Below, piece by piece: positions 12,720 to 27,738 of a DNA stretch of 64,000 nt. The translations under genes were made by a program, and so were the position numbers. Location: assembly GCA_964016885.1 (NCBI GenBank), contig OZ024760.1, positions 6,510,001 through 6,574,000 of the forward strand, read 5' to 3'. Each line of letters starts with the position of its first letter. Position 1 is the first letter of the stretch. The notes below the pieces were generated by a model, which ran no database searches, was not told the DNA's origin, and worked only from the letters and a program-made list of their open reading frames with translations. Source of the DNA: Eledone cirrhosa (taxonomy: Eukaryota).

Positions 12720-13478
12720 CAATTTGAAACACATGAGTTCACCGACATGGCATTGTTCTAACACTTTTCCTATTTACTCTTTTCTTCTTTTACTCTGCTT
12801 CGATAAAAGATTCAACCTGAAATGTCAATATATTTTGTCCACTACGTGTCCTAGTGTCTACGAGACATGTGGTGTATTAAACTCTCACACTGTTCATTCG
12901 ACTGTCTCTGACCCTTCTTCCACCTCATTTCCCTAATTCGGTTTGTGCTGTTTTTACCTGTATCATCATCATCACTGTCATCATCATTTTGATCATCACC
13001 ATCATCATCACCATCATCATCACCATCACCATCATCATCACCATCATCATCCCCTTCATTTTGATCATTATCATCATCACCACCACCACCACCATCATCA
13101 CCATCACCACCATCACCACCATCATCACCACCAAGTCTATTTGCTGGGGGAATTCTTTCTTGCAATAAATAAATATATATCTTTCTTTATTAAATAAAAT
13201 ATATAGATAATTAAATAGTAAAGTTTTGGAAGATTTCACATCTTAATAAGAAAAACTGTAGCGACTTCCTTCGGTATATTCCGTTTGGTTTTGGTTTTGG
13301 TTTAGCAAATCCATAGAAATTCTATTAGATTCAATTAGGTGTCTTGGATTAGATTCCGCCATTAACCATGTTCTCCATGTTTATATAAAACTCCAGTTCT
13401 TTTATCTGAATTGTCCATCTTTAGAAATATTCTGCTCTTCTCTTCTCTGGTTAGTCTTTATACTGTATGGGTATTATA

Positions 13479-13562
<84 letters not shown>

Positions 13563-13565
<3 letters not shown>

Positions 13566-13747
13566 AAGTATGACCCCGACGGCAGAGCTCAAGCCGTTTC
13601 GACGGGTATTTCTGGACTGAAATAGCCGTCGAAACGGCTTGAGCTCTGCCATCGGGGTCATACTTTTTCCTATTTCCCACTCTACTACCCTAAGTATTGA
13701 GTACTCTGGTGCGTTATGGTCCATCTGGTTCCTTACCACAATTCCTT

Positions 13748-13751
<4 letters not shown>
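13563..13751. mobile_element. TA-flanked fold-back element family P (gccgtcgaaacggcttgagctc)
   Basis: About 50-bp inverted arms plus a unique tail cctatttcccactctactaccctaagtattgagtac...cttaccacaattcc. At least 9 copies in the window. Confidence 0.8.
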
Positions 13752-13788
<37 letters not shown>

Positions 13789-14042
13789 CACACACACACA
13801 TATATATAAAAAAAATACATAAATATATAAATATTTATGTATGTGTGTCTGTCTGGTTAAGATATTATTGATTAAAAGTAATAAGACCATTATTCAACTT
13901 AGTACTCAATACCTTAGAGGAAGTACAATATAGATTTTCTCCTTTTTTTTTCCACCATCGAAACAGTTTAAGGTAAAGTTTACATAATGTTGTAATATAA
14001 TATATATATATCTTATAATATATAAATATATATATATATATA

Positions 14043-14283
14043 TATTAAAATAACAGATTAAAGTTTAAGCAAAGAATCGCTGCTTTCACCCTTAACGGGA
14101 TCTTCTGAAACTAACAAAGTCAATTTGTGAATGCAGTGAATATTTGAAAAAACGTTGCAACCGTCCCTGTCAAAGAACAGGGAAAAACGAATATAATACG
14201 TCATTATTTGTTAGTTTCAGAAGACCCCGTTAAGGGTGAAAGCAGCGATTTTTTGCTTAAACTTTAATCTGTTATTTTAATAA
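14043..14283. repeat. TA-flanked inverted repeat (~75-bp arms)
   Basis: tattaaaataacagattaaagtttaagcaaagaatcgctgctttcacccttaacggg... and its reverse complement. Left arm recurs at 42284-42332. Confidence 0.85.
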
Positions 14284-14366
14284 ATATTTGCTCTACGGTT
14301 CTTATTTGATATATATTTATCCTTATCGAGCCCCCTTTGGATTTTAGTCTTCAAATTTATTATTAT

Positions 14367-14415
<49 letters not shown>

Positions 14416-14418
<3 letters not shown>

Positions 14419-14466
14419 TTCTACAGGACTAGAACTGTTTCATTCTTTAGAAATCATCAGGAATCT
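14416..14466 (-). ncRNA. Type I hammerhead ribozyme motif
   Basis: Minus strand: agattc-CUGAUGA-u uuc uaaa gaa u-GAAACAG uucuaguc CUGUA-gaaucu. 6-bp stem I, 4-bp stem III, GUA cleavage triplet. Confidence 0.75.
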
Positions 14467-14564
14467 GTATTAAATCATCAGGAATCTATATTAAAACTTT
14501 TATACTCTGCAATGTATTGAGTACCTTACTTACTGTGGTTACCTCCGATTCAACCCGGAATAAC

Positions 14565-14607
<43 letters not shown>

Positions 14608-14879
14608 GGAAAAATTTGAACAGGGACAAAACAGAGAGGCAGTACAACAAATGTTTATTAATTTCACGCTCTGGAGAGTGGGGTGTTGGTGGTATATATA
14701 TATATATAGAAGTTTAGTATAAATCTTTGACATTTGGGGTATTTAGTATAACACTTCCACACTCATACTCACGTTCACGGGAAGTCCTGCTCACAAAGCT
14801 GCACTCATGCTCACAGGGCTGCACTCGCACTTATAACCACACTCACTGATAATGTATTACTGTATATACAACAATTTTA

Positions 14880-15256
14880 AAGAGATCCTATTTCAATTAA
14901 AATCTTCCAACATAGTTTTATATAAGAACCATATGTTAAGTTACTATATTAGTAATGAAGTAATTAATGCTTTTAGTAAATCACTCAAAATAATTCTTTA
15001 ATTAATTGAAATAGAAATAAGGTCAGGAAAGGATCAACCCTTTGATATCACTGCCTCCCTGAAACCAACCCTGGTTCTATTAAACAAAACCACCCATTTT
15101 AAAGGTTTCCTATTTCAAATATAATCTTCCAACATAAATCTATATAAGACCCATGTATTAAGTTACCATAATAGAAATGAAGTAATTAATATTTTTAGTA
15201 AATTCCTAGAAATCTTTCCTTAATTAATTGATATAGATTTAGGGTCATAAAAGGGA
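14880..15256. repeat. Diverged direct repeat (~150 bp, two copies)
   Basis: tcctatttcaa..aatcttccaacata..tatataaga..catatgttaagtta..atgaagtaattaat at 14887 and 15108. Confidence 0.75.
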
Positions 15257-15412
15257 TATTGTTACATCACCACACTCTACACTACATTCACGGCTGTATT
15301 ATTCATACGGGCAGAATAGGCTGAAGTCTAGGGGACTTGCCATTTTGCTTTTCCATTTCTTCTTTTTTTTTTTTTTTTTTTTTGCTGTAGTTGGGTGAAG
15401 TGCCAGAGAGGG

Positions 15413-15553
15413 CCCCCGAAATAGCTGGAAACCTAGGATTCTCATAGGCTCCGAAATACCTGGAAACCTAGGGTTCTCATAGGCCCCGAATTACCTGGAA
15501 ACCTAGGGTTCTCATAGGCCCCGAAATACCTGGAAACCTAGGGTTCTCATAGA
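15413..15553. repeat. 35-bp minisatellite (4 copies; fifth at ~15621)
   Basis: Unit ccccgaaatacctggaaacctagggttctcatagg. Confidence 0.9.
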
Positions 15554-16237
15554 GATTGTTTTTTTGGGGGGGGGGGGGGGGGGGCTGTAGTGGAGTGAAA
15601 TATTGAAGTGCTAGAGGAGGCCCCCAAAATAACTGGAATCCTAGGGTTCTCATGGGGTCTAAAGGTCTATCAATTTATTTTATTTTTTATTTTATTTTTA
15701 TTTATTTTGCTGTAGTGAAGTGAAATATTGACGGGCTAGAGGAGGTCTCTTCCACTGAAATACCAATCTGTCCATCTCACTCTCCTTCAGTCTCTCACTC
15801 TCTCCCTCAGTCTCTCTCACTCTCTCTCAGTCTCTGCCTCCTAATATCAAATTGAAACCACCATGACAACACATAGTAAAAAGAAAAAGCCCCCACCTCA
15901 TGGGCGCCCTCATACTGTAAGGACGTATCAGGTTGGTAATTCTTATTTCTTTGCCTGATTCTTTGTTGGAATTTTTTCCAACACCAAATATTATTTTTTC
16001 TTCTTTTTTTTTTTTATTTGTTTTGTTTTGTTTGTTTTTGTTATTCTATTGCTTAATTTTTATTTGTTTTATTCATTGTTTTGTCTACTCCTTCCCTTCC
16101 TGAGACTCTCCCAACCCAAGGTATGCCACAGAGGGGGAATTGGAACTAGAAACCCCAGCAAACTTCTTAACCATACAACCGTCTACCGAAGGCCACCATC
16201 AAGGCTTTGGTTGACCTGAGACCATGGTGTTATAGAG

Positions 16238-16390
16238 CAGTGGTCACCAACCTTTTGGACCTCATGGACCGCTAAATTCATAATTTTAAATCCCACGGAC
16301 CACTAATATGAATTTTTTTTAAATGATAAATACATTTGTAAAATAAAGATCAGAGAACTTCCATTTTATTAAACAATACTGAAGCGTACG
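16238..16390 (+). mobile_element. hAT (Charlie-like) transposon end fragment
   Basis: Begins cagtggtcaccaaccttttgg, resembling Charlie-type CAGTGGTTCCCAACCTTTT termini. No matching right end found. Confidence 0.45.
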
Positions 16391-16493
16391 TGTGTCATAT
16401 TGTCGATAGATGATACATATGTGTAGGATTCTTTTGTGGATGTTAGTTCTTTACTGAGGAGAAACATTTTTAGGGGTGTTATAAAATATATTT

Positions 16494-16722
16494 TAACCCT
16501 TTAGCATTTACATTACTCTATATTTATTATTATATTTTCACGGTAAACACTTTATCGCGCATAAATATCTCACATAATATCGAATCTATGAGATTTTTGA
16601 TATTATTTATTTTGAGAACAGTACCTTAACATTAGTATGAACAGCCGGTTACATCTGGTTTGAACAGAAAGTGGTGAGAGAATTTTGGCCGGGTACGGCC
16701 AGTTTAAATGCTAAAGGGGTAA
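16494..16722. mobile_element. piggyBac-like MITE (TTAA-CCCTTTAGCATTTA termini)
   Basis: ttaaccctttagcatttac...tttaaatgctaaaggggtaa. Reverse copy at 40029-40257; partials at 43795-43972 and 58527-58650. Confidence 0.7.
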
Positions 16723-16755
16723 AACACTCAAGGAAAACCTCCTATGAGATACCAA

Positions 16756-19700
16756 TTTGTAGGAAACCAACTAAACCTTCATAGGTGTGAGATACAACCT
16801 TGTAGGAAACCTACTAAACCTTCATAGGTGTGAAATATAACCTTGTAGGAAACCAACTAAACCTACAAAGGTGTGAAATATAATCTTGTAGGAAACCTAC
16901 TAAACCTATATAGGTGTGAAATATAACCTTGTAGGAAACCAACTAAACCTATATAGGTGTGAAATATAACCTTGTAGGAAACCAACTAAACCTTCATAGG
17001 TGTGAAATATAACCTTGTAGGAAACCAACTAAACCTATATAGGTGTGAAATATAACCTTGTAGGAAACCAACTAAACCTTCATAGGTGTGAAATATAACC
17101 TTGTAGGAAACCAACTAAACCTATATAGGTGTGAAATATAACCTTGTAGGAAACCAACTAAACCTTCATAGGTGTGAAATATAACCTTGTAGGAAACCAA
17201 CTAAACCTACATAGGTGTGAAATATAATCTTGTAGGAAACCAACTAAACCTACATAGGTGTGAAATATAACCTTGTAGGAAACCAACTAAACCTATATAG
17301 GTGTGAAATATAACCTTGTAGGAAACCACTAAACCTACATAGGTGTGAAATATAACCTTGTAGGAAACCAACTAAACCTATATAGGTGTGAAATATAACC
17401 TTGTAGGAAACCTACTAAACCTATATAGGTGTGAAATATAACCTTGTAGGAAACCAACTAAACTATATAGGTGTGAAATATAACCTTGTAGGAAACCAAC
17501 TAAACTATATAGGTGTGAAATACAACCTTGTAGGAAACCTACTAAACCTACATAGGTGTGAAATATAACCTTGTAGGAAACCAACTAAACCTTCATAGGT
17601 GTGAAATATAACCTTGTAGGAAACCTACTAAACCTATATAGGTGTGAAATATAACCTTGTAGGAAACCTACTAAACCTCTATAGGTGTGAAATATAACCT
17701 TGTAGGAAACCTACTAAACCTATATAGGTGTGAAATATAACCTTGTAGGAAACCAACTAAACCTCTATAGGTGTGAAATATAACCTTGTAGGAAACCAAC
17801 TAAACCTCTATAGGTGTGAAATATAACCTTGTAGGAAACCTACTAAACCTACATAGGTGTGAAATATAACCTTGTAGGAAACCAACTAAACCTACATAGG
17901 TGTGAAATATAACCTTGTAGGAAACCTACTAAACCTCTATAGGTGTGAAATATAATCTTGTAGGAAACCTACTAAACCTTCATAGGTGTGAAATATAACC
18001 TTGTAGGAAACCTACTAAACCTCTATAGGTGTGAAATATAATCTTGTAGGAAACCTACTAAACCTCTATGGGTGTGAAATATAACCTTGTAGGAAACCTA
18101 CTAAACCTATATAGGTGTGAAATATAACCTTGTAGGAAACCAACTAAACCTACATAGGTGTGAAATATAACCTTGTAGGAAACCAACTAAACTTACATAG
18201 GTGTGAAATATAACCTTGTAGGAAACCTACTAAACCTATATAGGTGTGAAATATAACCTTGTAGGAAACCAACTAAACCTATATAGGTGTGAAATATAAC
18301 CTTGTAGGAAACCAACTAAACTATATAGGTGTGAAATACAACCTTGTAGGAAACCTACTAAACCTATATAGGTGTGAAATATAACCTTGTAGGAAACCAA
18401 CTAAACTATATAGGTGTGAAATATAACCTTGTAGGAAACCAACTAAACCTTCATAGGTGTGAAATATAACCTTGTAGGAAACCAACTAAACCTACATAGG
18501 TGTGAAATATAACCTTGTAGGAAACCTACTAAACCTATATAGGTGTGAAATATAACCTTGTAGGAAACCAACTAAACCTATATAGGTGTGAAATATAACC
18601 TTGTAGGAAACCAACTAAACTATATAGGTGTGAAATACAACCTTATAGGAAACCTACTAAACCTATATAGGTGTGAAATATAACCTTGTAGGAAACCTAC
18701 TAAACCTTTATAGGTGTGAAATATAACCTTGTAGGAAACCAACTAAACCTTCATAGGTGTGAAATACAACCTTGTAGGAAACCAACTAAACCTTCATAGG
18801 TGTGAAATATAACCTTGTAGGAAACCAACTAAACCTACATAGGTGTGAAATATAACCTTGTAGGAAACCTACTAAACCTATATAGGTGTGAAATATAACC
18901 TTGTAGGAAACCAACTAAACCTATATAGGTGTGAAATATAACCTTGTAGGAAACCAACTAAACCTACATAGGTGTGAAATATAACCTTGTAGGAAACCTA
19001 CTAAACCTATATAGGTGTGAAATATAACCTTGTAGGAAACCAACTAAACCTACATAGGTGTGAAATACAACCTTGTAGGAAACCAACTAAACCTATATAG
19101 GTGTGAAATATAACCTTGTAGGAAACCAACTAAACCTACATAGGTGTGAAATATAACCTTGTAGGAAACCTACTAAACCTATATAGGTGTGAAATATAAC
19201 CTTGTAGGAAACCTACTAAACCTATATAGGTGTGAAATATAACCTTGTAGGAAACCAACTATACCTACATAGGTGTGAAATATAACCTTGTAGGAAACCA
19301 ACTAAACCTACATAGGTGTGAAATATAACCTTGTAGGAAACCTACTAAACCTATATAGGTGTGAAATATAACCTTGTAGGAAACCAACTAAACCTACATA
19401 GGTGTGAAATATAACCTTGTAGGAAACCAACTAAACCTCTATAGGTGTGAAATACAACCTTGTAGGAAACCTACTAAACCTATATAGGTGTGAAATACAA
19501 CCTTGTAGGAAACCTACTAAACCTATATAGGTGTGAAATACAACCTTGTAGGAAACCTACTAAACCTATATAGGTGTGAAATACAACCTTGTAGGAAACC
19601 TACTAAACCTACATAGGTGTGAAATACAACCTTGTAGGAAACCTACTAAACCTATATAGGTGTGAAATACAACCTTGTAGGAAACCTACTAAACCTACAT

Positions 19701-21560
19701 AGGTGTGAAATACAACCTTGTAGGAAACCTACTAAACCTACATAGGTGTGAAATATAACCTTGTAGGAACCAACTAAACCCTACATAGGTGTGAAATATA
19801 ACCTTGTAGGAACCAACTAAACCTATATAGGTGTGAAATATAACCTTGTAGGAAACCAACTAAACCTACATAGGTGTGAAATATAACCTTGTAGGAAACC
19901 AACTAAACCTATATAGGTGTGAAATATAACCTTGTAGGAAACCAACTAAACTTACATAGGTGTGAAATATAACCTTGTAGGAAACCAACTAAACCTACAT
20001 AGGTGTGAAATATAACCTTGTAGGAAACCAACTAAACCTTCATAGGTGTGAGATATAACCTTGTAGGAAACCAACTAAACCTTCATAGGTGTGAAATATA
20101 ACCTTGTAGGAAACCAACTAAACCTACATAGGTGTGAAATATAACCTTGTAGGAAACCAACTAAACCTATATAGGTGTGAAATATAACCTTGTAGGAACC
20201 AACTAAACCTATATAGGTGTGAAATATAACCTTGTAGGAAACCAACTAAACCTACATAGGTGTGAAATATAACCTTGTAGGAAACCAACTAAACCTATAT
20301 AGGTGTGAAATATAACCTTGTAGGAAACCAACTAAACCTACATAGGTGTGAAATATAACCTTGTAGGAAACCAACTAAACCTATATAGGTGTGAAATATA
20401 ACCTTGTAGGAAACCAACTAAACTTACATAGGTGTGAAATATAACCTTGTAGGAAACCAACTAAACCTACATAGGTGTGAAATGTAACCTTGTAGGAAAC
20501 CAACTAAACCTATATAGGTGTGAAATATAACCTTGTAGGAAACCAACTAAACCTACATAGGTGTGAAATATAACCTTGTAGGAAACCAACTAAACCTATA
20601 TAGGTGTGAAATATAACCTTGTAGGAAACCAACTAAACCTTCATAGGTGTGAAATATAACCTTGTAGGAAACCAACTAAACCTACATAGGTGTGAAATAT
20701 AACCTTGTAGGAAACCAACTAAACCTTCATAGGTGTGAAATATAACCTTGTAGGAAACCTACTAAACCTTCATAGGTGTGAGATATAACCTTGTAGGAAA
20801 CCTACTAAACCTACATAGGTGTGAAATATAACCTTGTAGGAAACCAACTAAACCTACATAGGTGTGAAATATAACCTTGTAGGAAACCTACTAAACCTTC
20901 ATAGGTGTGAAATATAACCTTGTAGGAAACCTACTAAACCTCTATAGGTGTGAAATATAACCTTGTAGGAAACCTACTAAACCTTCATAGGTGTGAAATA
21001 TAACCTTGTAGGAAACCTACTAAACCTCTATAGGTGTGAAATATAACCTTGTAGGAAACCTACTAAACCTTCATAGGTGTGAAATATAACCTTGTAGGAA
21101 ACCTACTAAACCTCTATAGGTGTGAAATATAACCTTGTAGGAAACCTACTAAACCTTCATAGGTGTGAAATATAACCTTGTAGGAAACCTACTAAACCTT
21201 CATAGGTGTGAAATATAACCTTGTAGGAAACCAACTAAACTATATAGGTGTGAAATACTACCTTGTAGGAAACCTACTAAACCTATATAGGTGTGAAATA
21301 TAACCTTGTAGGAAACCAACTAAACCTTCATAGGTGTGAAATATAATCTTGTAGGAAACCTACTAAACCTTCATAGGTATGAAATATAATCTTGTAGGAA
21401 ACCAACTAAACCTATATAGGTGTGAAATATAATCTTGTAGGAAACCAACTAAACCTCTATAGGTGTGAAATATAATCTTGTAGGAAACCAACTAAACCTA
21501 TATAGGTGTGAAATATAACCTTGTAGGAAACCTACTAAACTATTTAGGTGTGAAATGTAA
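16756..21560. repeat. 43-bp satellite array (~110 units, ~4.8 kb)
   Basis: Unit ttgtaggaaacc(a/t)actaaacct(at/ac/tc/ct)ataggtgtgaaatataacc, head-to-tail. Confidence 0.97.
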
Positions 21561-22479
21561 CAACAATATGATAGTACTGAGGGCCTCTATCATTAAAACA
21601 CCCAAGGAAAACCGCTTATAAGACACCAATTTGTAGGAGACCAGTTTAACCTACATAGGTGTGAACTGTAAATTCAATTTAATTTTTATTTATTCCCCTC
21701 CCTGTAAACCAATATATTTGAACTAGAAATCACATATTTTACAATACCACAAACATCTTAACCACACAAGACAGAATTGAACTAAAGAATATATTTTAAA
21801 CCAGAGAATAAATTATTTTCTCTCAGGGGTTTTTTTTTTTTCTTACGTTTTTTTTTTATTTTTGTTGTTTGTTTATTTGTTTATTTTTTTGTTTGTTTGT
21901 TTGTTTTTTTCTTTATTGATTATAATTTTATTTTAAAGGCCATTACTGTGTAAAAATTGTGTTTTGTTTAAAAGAACCTTGTTGGGGAAAAAGAACAAAG
22001 AGGGGGGAAGGTGTGTGGTGGGGGATGTAGGATGAAAGAAGGTGGTGGTGTTGGTGGGGTAAAAAGGTGGTGGGGTAAAAAGGTGGTGTTGGTGGGGTAA
22101 GGGGGGGGGGGTAATGGTGGTGGTGGAGGGGGTAAGATGGTGTGGGTGGGGGTGGTGTGGTGTGTGGAAGGAGGAATGGTGGTGGTGGTGGACGGGGAGG
22201 AAAGAAGGTGGAGTGGAGTGGGGTGGGGGAGGACGAATGGTGGTGGTGAAGGATGGTGTTGGTGGTGGAGTGGGGGGAGGGGGAATGGTGGTGGTGGTGG
22301 AGTGGAGTGGGGGAGGAGTGATAAACAAATAAAGAATTATTTTGTGTTTGTTTCCATCACATTCTGTTTACATGTAGGTTTTAATGGCTTGTTGAGTAAA
22401 AGTAACAATCTAGAGAGATGTTATACCTACATACACACTGACACAGTCATACACACATACACATATATATATATATAGA

Positions 22480-22488
22480 CATATATGC

Positions 22489-22577
<89 letters not shown>

Positions 22578-22901
22578 ATATGTATGTATGTATGTACACA
22601 AACACTCACACACATGTAAAAACATAAATATAAATGTATATATATATATATATATACATATACATACACACATATCTGCACACACACACACACACACGTG
22701 TATATATATATATATATACACATATGGTATATATATTTATATATATATATACACATATGCTATATATGTACATATATATGGTATATATATATATATATAT
22801 ATATGTGTGTATTTGTATATATATGTATATATATATATATAATATATATATATATATAATATATATATATATATATGTATATATATATTTATATATATAT
22901 T

Positions 22902-22950
<49 letters not shown>

Positions 22951-22968
22951 ATTTGTATATATATGTAT

Positions 22969-23014
<46 letters not shown>

Positions 23015-23242
23015 GTATATATATATGTATATATATATGTATATATGTATATATATATACATATATATATATATACATATATATATACATATATATATAT
23101 ATAAATATATATATACATATATATATACATATATATATATATGTATATATGTATATATATACATATATATATATATGTATATATGTATATATATACATAT
23201 ATATATACATATATATATATATGTATATATGTATATATATAC

Positions 23243-23309
<67 letters not shown>

Positions 23310-23362
23310 TATATACATATATATATATATGTATATATGTATATATATACATATATATATAT
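22480..23362. repeat. (TA)n-dominated compound microsatellite
   Basis: Seen directly. Confidence 0.95.
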
Positions 23363-23469
23363 AACTGCTGTATTAGGCTATAAAGCGATCTGATTGGTTG
23401 GCAACTTCATAGGTTTGGAACACTGGCTAGATTGAATGGTTTACAGAGTTAGCAGAGTCTGTAAATACA

Positions 23470-26270
23470 CACATATACATAGACATACATATAGATATAT
23501 GCTCATACACACACATATACATACACACACACTCACACATATAGACATACATATAGATATATGCTCATACACACACACATACATAGACACACACTCACAC
23601 ACATAGACATACATATAGATATATGCTCATACACACACATATACATACAAATAGACATACGCTCATACACACACATATACATACACACACACTCACACAC
23701 ATAGACATACATATAGATATATGCTCATACACACACATATACATACACACACACTCACACACATAGACATACATATAGATATATGCTCATACACACACAT
23801 ATACATACACACACACTCATGTGTATGTATATGTGTGTGTATGAGCGTATGTCTATTTGTATGTATATGTGTGTGTATGAGCATATATCTATATGTAGAT
23901 ATATGCTCATACACACACATATACATACACACACATATACATACACACACACTCATGTGTATGTATATGTGTGTGTATGAGCGTATGTCTATTTGTATGT
24001 ATATGTGTGTGTATGAGCATATATCTATATAGACATACATATAGATATATGCTCATACACACACACATACATACACACACACTCACACATATAGACATAC
24101 ATATAGATATATGCTCATACACACACATATACATACACACACACTCACACACATAGACATACATATAGATATATGCTCATACACACACATATACATACAC
24201 ACACACTCACACACATAGACATACATATAGATATATGCTCATACACACACATATACATACACACACACTCACACACATAGACATACATATAGATATATGC
24301 TCATACACACACATATACATACACACACACTCACACACATATACATACATATAGATATATGCTCATACACACACATATACATACACACACACTCACACAC
24401 ATATACATACATATAGATATATGCTCATACACACACATATACATACAAATAGACATACGCTCATACACACACATATACATACACACACACTCACACACAT
24501 AGACATACATATAGATATATGCTCATACACACACATATACATACACACACACTCACACACATAGACATACATATAGATATATGCTCATACACTCACATAT
24601 ACATACACACACACTCACACACATAGACATACATATAGATATATGCTCATACACACACATATACATACACACACACTCACACACATAGACATACATATAG
24701 ATACATGCTCATACACACACATATACATACACACACACTCACACACATAGACATACATATAGATATATGCTCATACACTCACATATACATACACACACAC
24801 TCACACACATAGACATACATATAGATATATGCTCATACACACACATATACATACACACACACTCACACACATAGACATACATATAGATATATGCTCATAC
24901 ACTCACATATACATACACACACACTCACACACATAGACATACATATAGATATATGCTCATACACACACATATACATACACACACACTCACACACATAGAC
25001 ATACATATAGATATATGCTCATACACACACATATACATACACACACACTCACACATATACATACATATAGATATATGCTCATACACACACACATACATAG
25101 ACACACACTCACACACATAGACATACATATAGATATATGCTCATACACACACATATACATACAAATAGACATACGCTCATACACACACATATACATACAC
25201 ACACACTCACACACATAGACATACATATAGATATATGCTCATACACACACACATACATACACACACACTCACACATATAGACATACATATAGATATATGC
25301 TCATACACACACATATACATACACACACACTCACACACATAGACATACATATAGATATATGCTCATACACACACATATACATACACACACACTCACACAC
25401 ATAGACATACATATAGATATATGCTCATACACACACATATACATACACACACACTCACACACATAGACATACATATAGATATATGCTCATACACACACAT
25501 ATACATACACACACACTCACACACATATACATACATATAGATATATGCTCATACACACACATATACATACACACACACTCACACACATATACATACATAT
25601 AGATATATGCTCATACACACACATATACATACAAATAGACATACGCTCATACACACACATATACATACACACACACTCACACACATAGACATACATATAG
25701 ATATATGCTCATACACACACATATACATACACACACACTCACACACATAGACATACATATAGATATATGCTCATACACACACATATACATACACACACAC
25801 TCACACACATAGACATACATATAGATATATGCTCATACACACACATATACATACATATAGATATATGCTCATACACACACATATACATACACACACACTC
25901 ACACACATAGACATACATATAGATATATGCTCATACACACACATATACATACACACACACTCACACACATATACATACATATAGATATATGCTCATACAC
26001 ACACATATACATACAAATAGACATACGCTCATACACACACATATACATACACACACACTCACACACATAGACATACATATAGATATATGCTCATACACAC
26101 ACATATACATACACACACACTCACACACATAGACATACATATAGATATATGCTCATACACACACATATACATACACACACACTCACACACATAGACATAC
26201 ATATAGATATATGCTCATACACACACATATACATACACACACACTCACACACATAGACATACATATAGAC
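23470..26270. repeat. 62-bp CA-rich minisatellite with local inversions
   Basis: Unit atagatatatgctcatacacacacatatacatacacacacactcacacacatagacatacat. Inverted units at ~23819-23895 and ~23956-24030. Confidence 0.9.
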
Positions 26271-26953
26271 ATACACTCACACACACACACACACATAGCC
26301 ATAGACATACACTCACACACACACATAGCCATAGACACACACTCACACACACATACATAGACATACATATAGACATACACTCACACACACACATAGCCAT
26401 AGACATACACTCACACACACAGGCACACATACATAGACATACACTCACACACACACATAGCCATAGACATACACTCACACACACACATAGCCATAGACAT
26501 ACACTCACACACACACATAGCCATAGACACACACACAGGCACACATATATAGACATACATATAGACATACACTCACACACACACATAGCCATAGACACAC
26601 ACACACACATACACACACACATAGACACACACTCACACACACAGGCACACATATATAGACATACACTCACACACACACATAGCCATAGACACACACACAC
26701 ACACACACACTCACACAGACACACACTCACACACACAGGCACACACATATAGACATACATATAGACATACACTCACACACACACATACATAGACAGGCAG
26801 ACATACATAGACATACACACACACACACATAGACACACACTCACACACATAGGCACACATATATAGACATACATATAGACATACTCACACACACACATAC
26901 ATAGACACACACTCACACACACACACACACATAGACACACACTCACACACACA

Positions 26954-27006
<53 letters not shown>

Positions 27007-27173
27007 ACATACATAGATTCGGCTAGTTAGTAATAACATTCGATTTGTTCTCAATTATGCAAACGTGCCTCATTTTTCAAGCCATGTCAGTAGAATGAGC
27101 CCCTCATTCTTGCTCTTGTGTTGGCATGGAAACAGAACTGCAGACACTAATGTCTCTGGGTATTACCCTTCAT

Positions 27174-27211
<38 letters not shown>

Positions 27212-27235
27212 GTATATGTATATATATATATATAA

Positions 27236-27275
<40 letters not shown>

Positions 27276-27330
27276 TTCGTTTCTGAATTTGTTTAGCAAG
27301 ATTCTTTATCTGAAATCGTGTGTTGAAACC

Positions 27331-27738
27331 GATATTGTTATACTTTGGGAGGGTCATGTTGCCAATAAGAAACACACGCACCAGTTGCTTTCACTTCAAT
27401 TTATTATATATTTATAAATTTATAAATTTACAAATTTACAAACTTATAAATTATAAATTATAAATTATAAATTATAAATTTCTGTAGGATAGAAGAAAGG
27501 AAAGGCACAGAAACAAAGGAAAGGAATCCCCAGTCACTGAAGAGGTCACAGAGTGTGTGACGAAAGGACTATGACTATATATAAACAACTATCTGGTTGT
27601 GGAACCAACCAACCAACCAGAAATTTATAAGTTTGTAAATTTGTAAATTTATAAATTTATAAATATATAATAAATTGAAGTGAAAGCAACTGGTGCGTGT
27701 GTTTCTTATTGGCAACATGACCCTCCCAAAGTATAACA

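Noticed and set aside
13161-13460. Penelope RT/GIY-YIG coding remnant
   Set aside because: No recognisable motifs by eye; no autonomous partner for the hammerhead elements is visible in this window.
16756-21560. CRISPR-like array
   Set aside because: Units are contiguous with no unique spacers, there are no cas genes, and the context is eukaryotic; this is a satellite.
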